64,000 bases of DNA from Minisyncoccota bacterium (GCA_041660025.1 JBAZXD010000001.1:305851-369850), one strand, 5' to 3'; shown: positions 9,193-19,215, numbered from the stretch's first letter. The notes: generated from the sequence alone by a model not told the origin. Program-made: numbers and translations.

Positions 9193-10140
9193 ATGGATTC
9201 ATCCGAACTTCAGAAGCTTGCGCAGCACTCGCGTTCCACGCGCGAGGCGGGCATCGCACTCCTGTTCGCCTCGGGACTGCTCGCACTCTTCCTTTTCGTA
9301 CCGCTCTCGCCGAACGTCGCGGCGCCCGCACCGGTCGCCACCGAACCGTCTACCGTACCGGACGCGTTCGCACAGACCTCTATCGAGGCGGAAGCGGCAA
9401 TCGTCTACGATCTAACGACCGGGGAGACGCTCTATGCGAAGAGCGCCGACGCCCAACTCCCGCTCGCTTCGCTCACGAAGCTCCTGACCGTCTATGCCGC
9501 GCTCGCCGAACTCTCGCCGGATACGCCGATACTCATTTCCGCCGACGCCGCGCGCGTTGAAGCACCGCGCGCGTTCAATCAAGGACAGACTTTCTCGCTC
9601 GCCGACCTCGCGCGACTTACCCTGACCGCCTCGCTGAATGACGGCGCCGCGGCTATCGCCGAAGCCGCCGCCGCGCGCCAGAACCGCTCGCAGAGCGCCC
9701 TGCTCGCCGGCGCCGCGGGCGCGCTCGGCCTCTCCCAAACATATGCGGTGAACGGGAGCGGCCTCGACGTGAACACGGCGATCTCCGGCGGATACGGTTC
9801 GGCACGCGACCTCGCCCGCCTCGCCGGCGCGCTCGTCGAACAAGCTCCGGGAATCGCCGCGGCGACGACACGGAGTTCGGCACAGGCCGTGTCAGAGGGC
9901 GGCACGCGCTTTTCCGTGAAGAATACGGACCCTATGGTCGACACGATGCCGCGACTACTCCTCTCGAAAACCGGATACACCGATCTTGCAGGCGGCAATC
10001 TCGTACTCGTCTTCGACGCCGGCATCCGGCATCCGATCGCCGTCGTCGTGCTCGGCTCCTCGCTTACAGAGCGTTTTACCGATGGCGCGGCGCTCGTATC
10101 CGCCACCCTCGCGCACTTCGCCGGCGTCGCCTCTCTATGA
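9193..10140 (+). CDS. D-alanyl-D-alanine carboxypeptidase (peptidase S11)
   Basis: N-terminal TM; SLTK, SLN and KTG catalytic motifs. Confidence 0.88.
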   Translation: MDSSELQKLAQHSRSTREAGIALLFASGLLALFLFVPLSPNVAAPAPVATEPSTVPDAFAQTSIEAEAAIVYDLTTGETLYAKSADAQLPLASLTKLLTVYAALAELSPDTPILISADAARVEAPRAFNQGQTFSLADLARLTLTASLNDGAAAIAEAAAARQNRSQSALLAGAAGALGLSQTYAVNGSGLDVNTAISGGYGSARDLARLAGALVEQAPGIAAATTRSSAQAVSEGGTRFSVKNTDPMVDTMPRLLLSKTGYTDLAGGNLVLVFDAGIRHPIAVVVLGSSLTERFTDGAALVSATLAHFAGVASL

Positions 10141-11213
10141 TCGCCTCCGACATCATCAAGGTATTCATCCCCGCGACCACCGCGTTCGTCGTGGGCATCC
10201 TCCTCGCACCGCTTCTGACGCACTATCTCTTTAAGCATCGCGTGTGGAAGAAGGCAGTGAGCAAGACCGCGCTCGACGGCACCCCGGCGGTAGAGTTCGA
10301 GAAACTTCGTATGACGGTCCACACCGGCACCGAGACGTCGACGCCGCGTATGGGCGGGGTCCTCATCTGGGCGAGCGTCGCGCTCGTAACCATCGGCACC
10401 TGGTCGCTCGGACAATTCGTCCCCACACCACTCACCGAGAAACTCGACTTCCTCAGTCGCAGTCAGACCTGGATACCGTTCTTCGCACTCCTCGCCGGCG
10501 CGGCGATGGGCTTTCTGAACGACCTCCTCGATATCCACCCATCGGGCGAGCGGGGCGTACGCCTGCGCACCCGACTTCTCTTCGTCACGCTCGTGTCGCT
10601 CTTCATCGGCTGGTGGTTCTACGCGAAGCTCGGCGTCACGGCGATCGGCATCCCCGCAGACGGCACGTTCACGCTCGGCGTGTTCATCATCCCGCTCTTC
10701 GTCATCATCACGCTCGGGCTCTATGCGGGTGGCGTCATCGACGGCATCGACGGGCTCGCAGGGGGCGTTTTCAGTACCGCGTTTATGGCCTATGCCGGCA
10801 TTGCTTATTTTCAGAATCAGATCGACCTTGCGGCTTTCTCCGCGACGGTGACCGGTGCTATCCTCGCCTTCCTCTGGTTCAATATTCCGCCCGCGCGCTT
10901 CTGGATGACCGAGACCGGCACGATGGGTCTCACGATGACACTCGCCGTCATCGCCTTTATGACCGACACGCCGGGGAACGGCTACGGCGTCGCCGCGCTC
11001 CCCATCATCGCGTTCCCGCTCGTCATCACCGTTCTCTCGAACATCATCCAGGTGGCCTCAAAGCGGTTCCGCGGAAAAAAGGTGTTTCGCATCGCGCCTC
11101 TGCACCACCACTTCGAGGCCATCGGCTGGCCCTCGTATAAGGTGACGATGCGGTATTGGATCATCTCGATTGTCTGCGCCATCGTCGGCATGACCGTAGC
11201 CCTGCTCAAGTGA
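10137..11213 (+). CDS. mraY: Phospho-N-acetylmuramoyl-pentapeptide transferase
   Basis: TPRMGG, DGIDGL, FLWFNIPPA, APLHHHFE. Confidence 0.93.
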   Translation: MIASDIIKVFIPATTAFVVGILLAPLLTHYLFKHRVWKKAVSKTALDGTPAVEFEKLRMTVHTGTETSTPRMGGVLIWASVALVTIGTWSLGQFVPTPLTEKLDFLSRSQTWIPFFALLAGAAMGFLNDLLDIHPSGERGVRLRTRLLFVTLVSLFIGWWFYAKLGVTAIGIPADGTFTLGVFIIPLFVIITLGLYAGGVIDGIDGLAGGVFSTAFMAYAGIAYFQNQIDLAAFSATVTGAILAFLWFNIPPARFWMTETGTMGLTMTLAVIAFMTDTPGNGYGVAALPIIAFPLVITVLSNIIQVASKRFRGKKVFRIAPLHHHFEAIGWPSYKVTMRYWIISIVCAIVGMTVALLK

Positions 11214-11217
11214 CCCT

Positions 11218-12315
11218 ATGAAGTTCGTCTCCGGCGACCGAATGTTCTTTCTGCTGGTGCTCGGGATCGTACTCACCGGTCTCGCTATATTTTCTTCCGC
11301 AGCGCTCGGCCTCCTGGCCCGGGAGAGCAGTACCGTGTCGCAGGATATCCTGCTTCAAGCCGGACTCGGCATCGGGCTCGGATTCTTGGCGCTTATGCTC
11401 GCCCGCGCGCTCCCGTTCGCGTACCTGAAGCCTCTCGCTCCGTATCTCTACGCGGCATCCATCCTCTTCACGGCGCTCGTCTTCGTTCCCGGTGTCGGAC
11501 TGACCGCGAACGGGGCAACGCGCTGGATCGACCTCGGCTGGACGACCGTCCAGCCGGCGGAGTTCCTGAAGATCGGCTTCGTGCTCGCGCTTGCGTGGTG
11601 GCTCGCGCCGCGCGCGCGCGAGCTCGCGAACGTGAAAAAAGGATTGCTCCCGTTCATTTTCATCCTCGCGTTCCCGACCGTCCTCCTGCTCGCTCAGCCG
11701 AATACCTCGACGACCCTGCTCATCATCGCGACGGGTATCGTTATGTATTTTGCGGCAGGAGCGCCGTGGCGCGACTTCGGCATCCTGGCGGTGGTCCTCA
11801 TCATCGCGCTCACCACCGTCGTCCTCGCACGACCCTATGTGCTCGAGCGCGTGAAGACATTCCTGGACCCTTCCGCCAACTCGCTCAGTAGCGGCTACCA
11901 GATACAGCAATCGCTTATCGCCGTCGGGAGCGGCGGTCTCCTCGGCAGAGGGTTCGGGCAGAGCGTCGAGAAGTTCAATTATCTGCCAGAGCCTTCCGGC
12001 GATTCGGTGTTCGCCGTGTTCGCGGAGGAGACCGGATTCGTCGGCGCGCTCTTCCTCCTCCTCCTCTTCGTCGCGCTCGCGGCGCGCGGCATCGTGATAG
12101 CAGGGAATTCACGCGACCTCTTCGGCGGTCTGCTCGCGCTCGGACTCTCTTTCATTATCATCCTGCAGGCGTTCATCAATATGTCCGCGATGCTCGGCAT
12201 CATCCCGCTCACCGGACTGCCGCTCCCGTTCGTCTCGCACGGCGGTACCGCGCTTATGGCCGCTCTCATTATGTGTGGCCTCATCCTCAACGTCGCGGCT
12301 CATCGCAGGTCATAA
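11218..12315 (+). CDS. ftsW: SEDS peptidoglycan polymerase (FtsW)
   Basis: GATRWI, QPAEFLK, GYQIQQSLIAVGSGG, PLTGLPLPFVSHGG; lies between mraY and murG. Confidence 0.92.
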   Translation: MKFVSGDRMFFLLVLGIVLTGLAIFSSAALGLLARESSTVSQDILLQAGLGIGLGFLALMLARALPFAYLKPLAPYLYAASILFTALVFVPGVGLTANGATRWIDLGWTTVQPAEFLKIGFVLALAWWLAPRARELANVKKGLLPFIFILAFPTVLLLAQPNTSTTLLIIATGIVMYFAAGAPWRDFGILAVVLIIALTTVVLARPYVLERVKTFLDPSANSLSSGYQIQQSLIAVGSGGLLGRGFGQSVEKFNYLPEPSGDSVFAVFAEETGFVGALFLLLLFVALAARGIVIAGNSRDLFGGLLALGLSFIIILQAFINMSAMLGIIPLTGLPLPFVSHGGTALMAALIMCGLILNVAAHRRS

Positions 12316-12321
12316 TCCCGA

Positions 12322-12394
12322 GCCGACATACCGAAAAGAGGTAGTAAGACTTGGCCTAGCGGCCCGGAGCGCGACCTCTTTTCGGTATGTCGGC
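12322..12394. repeat. Structured hairpin element, copy 1
   Basis: Perfect 21-bp inverted repeat (12322-12342/12374-12394); 37-nt core identical to 58471-58507. Confidence 0.9.
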
Positions 12395-12418
12395 GAAGGT
12401 ACGCTATACTACACACAT

Positions 12419-13558
12419 ATGACTATCGTGTTTACCGGAGGGGGGAGCGGCGGGCATTTCTATCCGATTATCGCCATCGCCGAGGCGCTCCAGGACCTCG
12501 TGCGCGAAGAGCGGCTCGTCGCGCCGAAGCTCTACTACCTCGCGCCGACGTCCTTCGACGAAAAGGCGCTCTTCGAGAACGGTATCACGCACATCCGCAC
12601 ACCGGCGGGGAAGGTGCGGCGCTACGCTTCGATTCGTAATTACACCGATTCTTTCATTACGCTCATCGGAACAATTTCTGCGCTTTTTACGCTCTTCCGT
12701 TTGTATCCGGATGTCGTGATGAGCAAGGGCGGTTACGGAAGCGTGCCGACCGTGCTCGCCGCCCGCCTCCTGCGCATTCCCATCATCATCCACGAGTCGG
12801 ACGCGAAGCCTGGCCGCGCGAATCTGCTCGCCGCCCCGTGGGCGACGAAGATCGCTATCTCCTTCGAGGGCGCCGCATCCTTTTTCCCCGAGAAGACGCG
12901 CAGTCGCATCGCTCGCACCGGCATTCCTATCCGTAAGGCGCTGATGCGCGTGGAGTCTGAGGGCGCGCGGCAATATCTCGGGCTCGAGAACGGCGTGCCG
13001 ACCGTCCTTATCCTCGGCGGTTCCCAGGGCGCGCTGAAGATAAATGAGGCCGTGCTCTCGTCGCTCCCCGACCTCGTGTCCTTCGCCAATATCATCCACC
13101 AGACCGGACAGGTGCATTTCAAGAATATCGCGGCGGTCTCGCAGGTCGCACTCGCGAAGTCCCCGAACGCCTCCCGGTATCACCCCGTAAATTATCTCGA
13201 CGAGACCTCGCTCCAGAGAGCCGCCGCCGTCGCGGACATCGTCGTCTCACGCGCGGGCGCGGGTTCCATCGCCGAGATAGGCCTCTGGAAGAAGCCGGCT
13301 ATCATCATCCCGATACCCGAGTCCGTGAGCCACGACCAGCGCACGAACGCGTACAGCTACGCCCGGACGGGAGCGGCGGTCGTGCTCGAAGAAGAGAATC
13401 TCACGCCGCACCTGCTTGTGTCCGAGGTGCGGCGCATCGTGGGCGACCCGGAGCTCGCGAAGCGTATGGGCGCCTCTGCGGCCGGCTTCACCGACCCGGA
13501 CGCCGCGCGCATCCTCGCGCGCGAACTGCTCGCCGTCGCGCTCACGCACGAATCATGA
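12419..13558 (+). CDS. murG: MurG glycosyltransferase
   Basis: TGGGSGGHFYP, KGGYGS, HESD, GGSQGA, SRAGAG. Confidence 0.96.
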   Translation: MTIVFTGGGSGGHFYPIIAIAEALQDLVREERLVAPKLYYLAPTSFDEKALFENGITHIRTPAGKVRRYASIRNYTDSFITLIGTISALFTLFRLYPDVVMSKGGYGSVPTVLAARLLRIPIIIHESDAKPGRANLLAAPWATKIAISFEGAASFFPEKTRSRIARTGIPIRKALMRVESEGARQYLGLENGVPTVLILGGSQGALKINEAVLSSLPDLVSFANIIHQTGQVHFKNIAAVSQVALAKSPNASRYHPVNYLDETSLQRAAAVADIVVSRAGAGSIAEIGLWKKPAIIIPIPESVSHDQRTNAYSYARTGAAVVLEEENLTPHLLVSEVRRIVGDPELAKRMGASAAGFTDPDAARILARELLAVALTHES

Positions 13559-14886
13559 GTACCGTCGTCACTCGTTTTGCTCCTTCTCCGACCGGTCTTC
13601 TTCATGCCGGCAATTACCGCACTGCTGTATTCGCCTATCTTTTTGCAAAACATTCCGGCGGGAAATTCATCGTACGGATAGAGGACACCGACGTAGCGCG
13701 CTCCAAACCGGAATACGAAGAGAATATCCACGAGGCGCTCGCGTGGCTCCGGCTTCCCGCCGACGAGACGTATCGCCAGAGTGAACATCGCGCGCGGCAT
13801 CGCGCACTGCTCGAGAAACTCATAGCCGATGACACCGCATACGTCTCAAAAGAAACGCCGCAAGCTCCGGGCGACCGGGAGGAGGTCATTCGTTTCAGAA
13901 ATCCCGGCGGCACGGTTTCTTTTACCGACGTCATCCGCGGAGAGATAACGACCGATGTAGGCGATCTCGGCGACTTCATCATCGCCCGTTCGCTTGATGA
14001 GCCGGTCTTCCATTTCGCCGTCGTCGTCGATGATGCGGATGAAGGCGTAACGCACGTCATCCGTGGCGGCGATCATATATCGAACACTGCGCGGCAGATA
14101 CTCATCCAGCGCGCGCTCGGTCTCGCCGAACCGCTTTACGCGCACCTGCCGCTTATCCTTGATAGCAGCCACAAGAAGCTCTCTAAGCGCGCCGGGGCGA
14201 AGGCGCTGACCGAGTATCGCGACCTCGGTATACTGCCCGAGGCTCTCTTAAATTATCTCGCATTCCTCGGTTGGAATCCGGGCGACGACCGCGAATACCT
14301 ATCACGAGAAGAGCTGGTCAAAGATTTTGATATTTCTCGCGTACAGAAGGGGAGCGCCATATTCGACGAAGTGAAGCTTCTTTCGGTCAATCAGCATTGG
14401 ATGCGGGCGCTTTCCGTCGAAGATTTCATCGCACACGGCGATTTCGTTGTTCCTGATGTAGAGAAACTCCGAAAAATCGTCCCACTCCTCAAGGAACGTG
14501 CTCATACCTTCGGCGAGGCGCGCGAGATGCTCTCGGGCGAGCTTTCCTGCCTCTTCGAAATCCCGACTCTCGATCGCGAAAAGCTCCTCGCTAAGGAGCC
14601 CTCCGACCGTCCGGAAACGGCGAAAAACGGCCTGGAAGGCCTGTTAAAGCTCATAGAAGCCCTTCCGGACAACGTTTCTGCCGAGGCGGTTAAAGAGGTC
14701 ATTATGCCGCTCGCCGACGCCGAGGAGGCGAAAGGGAAGGGAGGTCGGGGCGCGGTTCTCTGGCCGCTCCGCTACGCGCTCTCCGGGGCTGAGCGTTCGC
14801 CCGACCCGTTCACCCTTCTCTCGATCCTGGGCAGAGACGAGGGGATTTCGCGCATACGGAAGGCTATTGCTATACTCGGAGGATGA
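13555..14886 (+). CDS. gltX: Glutamyl-tRNA synthetase
   Basis: RFAPSPTG, HAGN, RIEDTD, THVIRGGDH, KLSKR. Confidence 0.96.
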   Translation: MSTVVTRFAPSPTGLLHAGNYRTAVFAYLFAKHSGGKFIVRIEDTDVARSKPEYEENIHEALAWLRLPADETYRQSEHRARHRALLEKLIADDTAYVSKETPQAPGDREEVIRFRNPGGTVSFTDVIRGEITTDVGDLGDFIIARSLDEPVFHFAVVVDDADEGVTHVIRGGDHISNTARQILIQRALGLAEPLYAHLPLILDSSHKKLSKRAGAKALTEYRDLGILPEALLNYLAFLGWNPGDDREYLSREELVKDFDISRVQKGSAIFDEVKLLSVNQHWMRALSVEDFIAHGDFVVPDVEKLRKIVPLLKERAHTFGEAREMLSGELSCLFEIPTLDREKLLAKEPSDRPETAKNGLEGLLKLIEALPDNVSAEAVKEVIMPLADAEEAKGKGGRGAVLWPLRYALSGAERSPDPFTLLSILGRDEGISRIRKAIAILGG

Positions 14887-16145
14887 AGCGCGTCGGATCC
14901 CTGTTCTTTTTTTTCATATTCGGCGCGGGCCTTGTTCTTAGCGCTCCGGCATCCGTACACGCCGATGCCGCGTCGGATATCCGGTCCCAGATAGATACGA
15001 ACAATCAACAGCTCGAGGCGCTGAAGGCCGAGATTGCCGCCTTTCAACAACAGCTCGATGCGCTCGGCTCGAAGAAGGATACGCTCCAGTCGACTATCAG
15101 TTCGCTCGCCCTCTCGCAGAAACAGCTCGCGACGCAGATCAAGGCGACGCAGAATAAAATCGCCTCGGCGAACCTGAAGATACGAGAACTCACGCTCTCT
15201 ATCGGGGATAAGGAGGCGACCATCGCCGCCGACCAAGACGCGATCGCCAAAGCGCTCCGGAGCATCGCCGAAGGCGAGCGCGCGTCGCTCATCACGACCC
15301 TCATCTCTGCGCATTCCTTCGGCAGTGCCTGGCAGGCCGTCGACGAGAGTGCGCAGTTCAATCGGGCCCTTACCGGCGATATACAAGAGTTGCGCACCGT
15401 CCGCACGGCGCTCGCGACGAACCGGGACGCGGTGACCAAGGCAAAAGCAACTCTCGTGTCGCTCCAGAACGACCTTTCTCTGCAGAAAAAATCTATCGAC
15501 CTCCAGAAGACGGCGCAACAGAAACTCCTAGCCGATACGAAGAACCAGGAGAGCGCGTACCAGAAGATCGTAGCGAGCAAGAAGGCGGAGGAGGCCGCGT
15601 TCGAGTCGGCACTGTTCGAACTCGAATCGCAACTCCAGTACGTCCTCGATCCGAGTAGCGTCCCTCCTGCGGGCAAGGGGGTGTTGCGGTGGCCCTTGAC
15701 CGACGTCTTCATCACCCAGCAATTCGGCAAGACTTCGTCCTCACAGCGCCTCTACACCTCTGGGACGCACAACGGCGTAGACTTCCGCGCACGGATCGGC
15801 ACTCCCATTCGCGCGGCGCTCTCAGGCACCGTGCTCGCAATAAACTACGGCTCTGTCCGGAATTGTCAGTATGGCAAGTGGATACTCATCCAACACCCAA
15901 ACGGCCTCGCAACGCTCTACGCGCATCTCTCCGATATCAGTGTATCGAAAGGGGCTACGGTCTATACCGGACAGGTCATCGGCTTCGCCGGCGATACCGG
16001 CTACGCGATAGGGCCGCACCTGCACTTCACCGTATATATCGCCGAGGCGATCTCCTTTAAGCAGTACACCTGCTGGAATAAATCCGTCGTGACAATACCG
16101 GTCGCGCCCCCAAATGCGTACCTCAACCCGCTTTCGTATCTCTAG
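14883..16145 (+). CDS. Coiled-coil M23 metallopeptidase (EnvC/murein hydrolase-like)
   Basis: Signal peptide, long coiled coil, HNGVD, YAHL, GPHLHF. Confidence 0.9.
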   Translation: MKRVGSLFFFFIFGAGLVLSAPASVHADAASDIRSQIDTNNQQLEALKAEIAAFQQQLDALGSKKDTLQSTISSLALSQKQLATQIKATQNKIASANLKIRELTLSIGDKEATIAADQDAIAKALRSIAEGERASLITTLISAHSFGSAWQAVDESAQFNRALTGDIQELRTVRTALATNRDAVTKAKATLVSLQNDLSLQKKSIDLQKTAQQKLLADTKNQESAYQKIVASKKAEEAAFESALFELESQLQYVLDPSSVPPAGKGVLRWPLTDVFITQQFGKTSSSQRLYTSGTHNGVDFRARIGTPIRAALSGTVLAINYGSVRNCQYGKWILIQHPNGLATLYAHLSDISVSKGATVYTGQVIGFAGDTGYAIGPHLHFTVYIAEAISFKQYTCWNKSVVTIPVAPPNAYLNPLSYL

Positions 16146-16268
16146 TCGATTCGGAGCAGGGGATTGTGCGAGTTCTGGAAAGAAAATAAAAACCGCCTTC
16201 CATTCCGTTGCACATACTACGTGCGTAGGAATGAAAGGCGATTCGGAACGGCCTGGTGGCCGCGCTCA

Positions 16269-16967
16269 TCAGGTCATAAGCGGAATGTGCTGGCAGGTCG
16301 TCGCCGTAAGGCGGACGCAATCGCACGGCGCGAGCTCGATGGTATCGAGCGCGGTTACGTGTTGCGGGAACAACGCCTGAGCAACAGCGTTGCCCATGAC
16401 CGCGTGGTTGAAGATGGCGATCCGGCGCGCCTCGCTGATCCCCGGAATCGAACCGAACACTTGCCGAGTTTCATCCATAAAGCGGATGAGAACCCCTGTC
16501 ATGTCGAGCCACTTGAATTCCCTGTACGAAATTTCCGACGCAATCGTCTTTTCATTGAACAACTGCTCCATCTTGGCCGACAATGCAAACGTGGCGGCGA
16601 AGTCTGCGTCGCTCGCGGGACAGTACAGCTCGCGACCCTTACCGTCGTACCAGTTCCCCTTAAGGAGGATGAACTGCTCGACGGCCTTCTTGGCCGTCTG
16701 TTGGGCGCGCGGAGCCGCCGAGCAGATGACATGGTCGAAGACGACGCCCAGCGTGGACATAATCTTCCCGAGCTGCTTGGCTTGCGCGATGCCTTTTTCG
16801 GAGAGAACGCGGCCGAAGTCGTCTTCGATTCCGTCCTCAACCTGTTCAGCGTGCCCGTGGCGGAAGATATAGACGACCGCCTCGGGATGCAAGAGTTGCT
16901 GCTTGACCTTTACATCACCGCGAACGTCTCGATCGATAAGGTGTTCGATCTGGGAAGCATTGAACAT
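16269..16967 (-). CDS. Histidine phosphatase family protein
   Basis: RHG motif, SAAPRAQQT, late FNHA; GGAGG SD; TTGACA-17-TAGACT promoter (17076-17048). Confidence 0.75.
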   Translation of the reverse strand: MFNASQIEHLIDRDVRGDVKVKQQLLHPEAVVYIFRHGHAEQVEDGIEDDFGRVLSEKGIAQAKQLGKIMSTLGVVFDHVICSAAPRAQQTAKKAVEQFILLKGNWYDGKGRELYCPASDADFAATFALSAKMEQLFNEKTIASEISYREFKWLDMTGVLIRFMDETRQVFGSIPGISEARRIAIFNHAVMGNAVAQALFPQHVTALDTIELAPCDCVRLTATTCQHIPLMT

Positions 16968-17112
16968 GGTAGACCTCCACTATTTGACCTACGTTTATGA
17001 ACCCAGTTTTGGCTGGGAGATAGCAAGACCTTCTTACTCTGCTGAAAAGTCTAGCATATAGCTAGTATAATGTCAATATTCTCGAAAACATAGCGCCCTG
17101 GGACGTAAAACC

Positions 17113-17739
17113 TTAATTTTTTGACGAGTCGCGGGTGGCCCAGAGGAGAAGGGAAGCGTAGGTGCGGTACGGGGACCACTTTTCGGCGATGGCGAGGAGG
17201 GAAGAACGCGGAGTGTTTTTCGGCAGGCCATACAGAACCTCCATCGCGCGGACAAGACCGAGATCGCCCGGCGAGAAAACGTCGGCGCGCCCGAGCGCGA
17301 ACATCAGGAACATCTCGACCGACCACGGCCCGAGCCCCCATATCTGCATCAGTTGTCCCGCCGCTTCTGTTTCTGGAATTTTTTTCAGTGCAAGAAGATC
17401 GAGCGATTTATTTTTCACTGCCTTTGCAATTTCCTTCAGCGTCCTGCTCTTCGCACCCGAGAGGCCGGCTTTTTTGAAAGCCGGTAGGGAAGTCCTGATG
17501 ACCGATTCGGGGGTCAATTGACCCTTGCAAGCCTTCTTCACGCGCGCGAAGATAGTGTCGGCGACTGTCGTGCCGAGTTGTTGTGAGATGACGATGGATA
17601 CTAATGACTCAAACAGTTGTGCGCGCGTCTTTTTATCGGAAAGTTGTTCCGGCAGGGAGGCATGGTGCACGCGCGTCGCCTTATGGAAATGCGGATCAAC
17701 CCGCTTAAAATGCTTCAGCGCATCCTGCTTTCTCGTCAT
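17113..17739 (-). CDS. DNA-3-methyladenine glycosylase (AlkA-like, HhH-GPD)
   Basis: IVISQQL, GLGPWSVEMFLMFALGRADVFSPGDLG, WSPYRTYA. Confidence 0.9.
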   Translation of the reverse strand: MTRKQDALKHFKRVDPHFHKATRVHHASLPEQLSDKKTRAQLFESLVSIVISQQLGTTVADTIFARVKKACKGQLTPESVIRTSLPAFKKAGLSGAKSRTLKEIAKAVKNKSLDLLALKKIPETEAAGQLMQIWGLGPWSVEMFLMFALGRADVFSPGDLGLVRAMEVLYGLPKNTPRSSLLAIAEKWSPYRTYASLLLWATRDSSKN

Positions 17740-17784
17740 GCCGAGATAGTACCACTGGCTTTTCTTCGTTGTATACTGTCCGTA

Positions 17785-17964
17785 ATGATCCATGAGATGA
17801 TCCGTCTGGTGTTCTGGACGTTCGTCCTCCTCCTTGCACTGTCGTTCTTCGGTATCTCGATACAGGCCATCATTAACTCTCCCGCTGGCCAGGCGAATGT
17901 CTCTTACCTCCTCGACCTCCTCTCCCAGGCTTGGCTCTGGGCTACGCAGTGGATCCGTCCGTAA
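17785..17964 (+). CDS. Small membrane protein (59 aa)
   Basis: Hydrophobic N-terminal helix; TATACT just upstream of ATG. Confidence 0.6.
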   Translation: MIHEMIRLVFWTFVLLLALSFFGISIQAIINSPAGQANVSYLLDLLSQAWLWATQWIRP

Positions 17965-18079
17965 GGGGGCATCCATCCATCGTCCGTAGGGGACTCTGTA
18001 CCGTATGTGCGCACAATATATCTTTTGCGCACAGTCCTAGGGAGCATCCGCTCACACCACTTCCCCAAACAGAAATTAA

Positions 18080-18190
18080 TTATTTGAACGCGATGATGAT
18101 GACCTGTAAAAGACTGATGAGCGTACTGGTAAATCCCGTCCAAAAGGCGTAGGTCTGAAGTTGGTCAACGGAACGTCGTTTTTGTGTCAT
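18080..18190 (-). CDS. 36-aa microprotein with C-terminal TM (paralogue B)
   Basis: Hand-translated MTQKRRSVDQLQTYAFWTGFTSTLISLLQVIIIAFK; TGG-TATCCT 7 nt before ATG; paralogous to 18252-18413. Confidence 0.75.
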   Translation of the reverse strand: MTQKRRSVDQLQTYAFWTGFTSTLISLLQVIIIAFK

Positions 18191-18251
18191 AGGGAAGAGG
18201 ATACCACGAGTGTCAGGGGTGCAAGGGACTTACCCACTTCCCTATTCCCCA

Positions 18252-18413
18252 CTATTTCAACAGGAGGACAATCGTCGTCGCGAGCGAGATGAGCGTGGAG
18301 AGAAAGCCGGTCATAACCGCATAGAGCTGGAGCCGACGTGTGCGCGCGCTACGCCCGCCTCTTTTTTGAAGCGGCGCGCTCAAGAGTTGCTTCTGGCTAT
18401 AATCGAGACCCAT
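18252..18413 (-). CDS. 53-aa microprotein with C-terminal TM (paralogue A)
   Basis: Hand-translated MGLDYSQKQLLSAPLQKRGGRSARTRRLQLYAVMTGFLSTLISLATTIVLLLK; starts 6 nt after LOG stop. Confidence 0.72.
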   Translation of the reverse strand: MGLDYSQKQLLSAPLQKRGGRSARTRRLQLYAVMTGFLSTLISLATTIVLLLK

Positions 18414-18419
18414 ACGGAG

Positions 18420-19190
18420 TTAGCATGAGACGTTCGCGATGATGTAATCGAACGCCTCATCGACCGAATTGACGAGCGTGTAGAGCTCCATATCGGACTT
18501 ATCGATGGCCGCGTGCTTCTCATAAATGGTCTTTTCGATGAACTCAAGAAGCGGAGACCAATACTCCTTGCCGTAGAGAATGATGGGCACTTTGCGGATC
18601 TTCTGCGTCTGCACGAGCGTCACGATCTCGAAGAACTCATCGAGCGTGCCGAAGCCGCCCGGGAAATATATATATACTTCCGACGCATAGGTCAGCATCA
18701 CCTTGCGCACGAAGAAATGGTCGAAGCCGAATCTCTCGTTGAGATAGGGATTGTAGTTCTGGGCATCCTGGAGATTGATGTTGAGCCCTACCGAGGCTCC
18801 TCCGACTTCGAACGCGCCTTTGTTCGCGGCCTGCATAACGCCGGAACTGCCGCCTGTGATGACGGCGAACCCTTTCTTCGAGAGCCGGCCCGCTAATTCT
18901 TCGGCGTCTTTGTACGAATTGTCCCCGAGCGTGGCGCGCGAACTGCCGAAGAATGACGCCGCGAGGCCGTACCGACGAATGATGTCGAATCCTTCGATGA
19001 ATTCCGACATTATCTTGAACACGCGCCAGGATTCTATCTTTCTCGGCTTGCAGACGAGAAGCGGCAGGCCGTCGTCGGGCATCGTGCGCTGTCCTTCGTG
19101 CACTACCTGCGCGAGCCGCTCGGCGGCCTCACGGGTCGGCAGTCCCTTCGATGAATCCACGGTCGGCATCCGGGTCAGATCGTCATTCAT
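18420..19190 (-). CDS. LOG family nucleotide phosphoribohydrolase (TIGR00730-like)
   Basis: FFGSSR, ITGG..GVMQAANKGA, FFVRKVM, PGGFGTLDE. Confidence 0.92.
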   Translation of the reverse strand: MNDDLTRMPTVDSSKGLPTREAAERLAQVVHEGQRTMPDDGLPLLVCKPRKIESWRVFKIMSEFIEGFDIIRRYGLAASFFGSSRATLGDNSYKDAEELAGRLSKKGFAVITGGSSGVMQAANKGAFEVGGASVGLNINLQDAQNYNPYLNERFGFDHFFVRKVMLTYASEVYIYFPGGFGTLDEFFEIVTLVQTQKIRKVPIILYGKEYWSPLLEFIEKTIYEKHAAIDKSDMELYTLVNSVDEAFDYIIANVSC

Positions 19191-19215
19191 AGGAATATGC
19201 CGTAATGATAGCAGA

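Noticed and set aside
18113-18160. CTGATGAG hammerhead-like core
   Set aside because: No GAAA after a stem II; the stretch is explained as the antisense of the 36-aa microprotein
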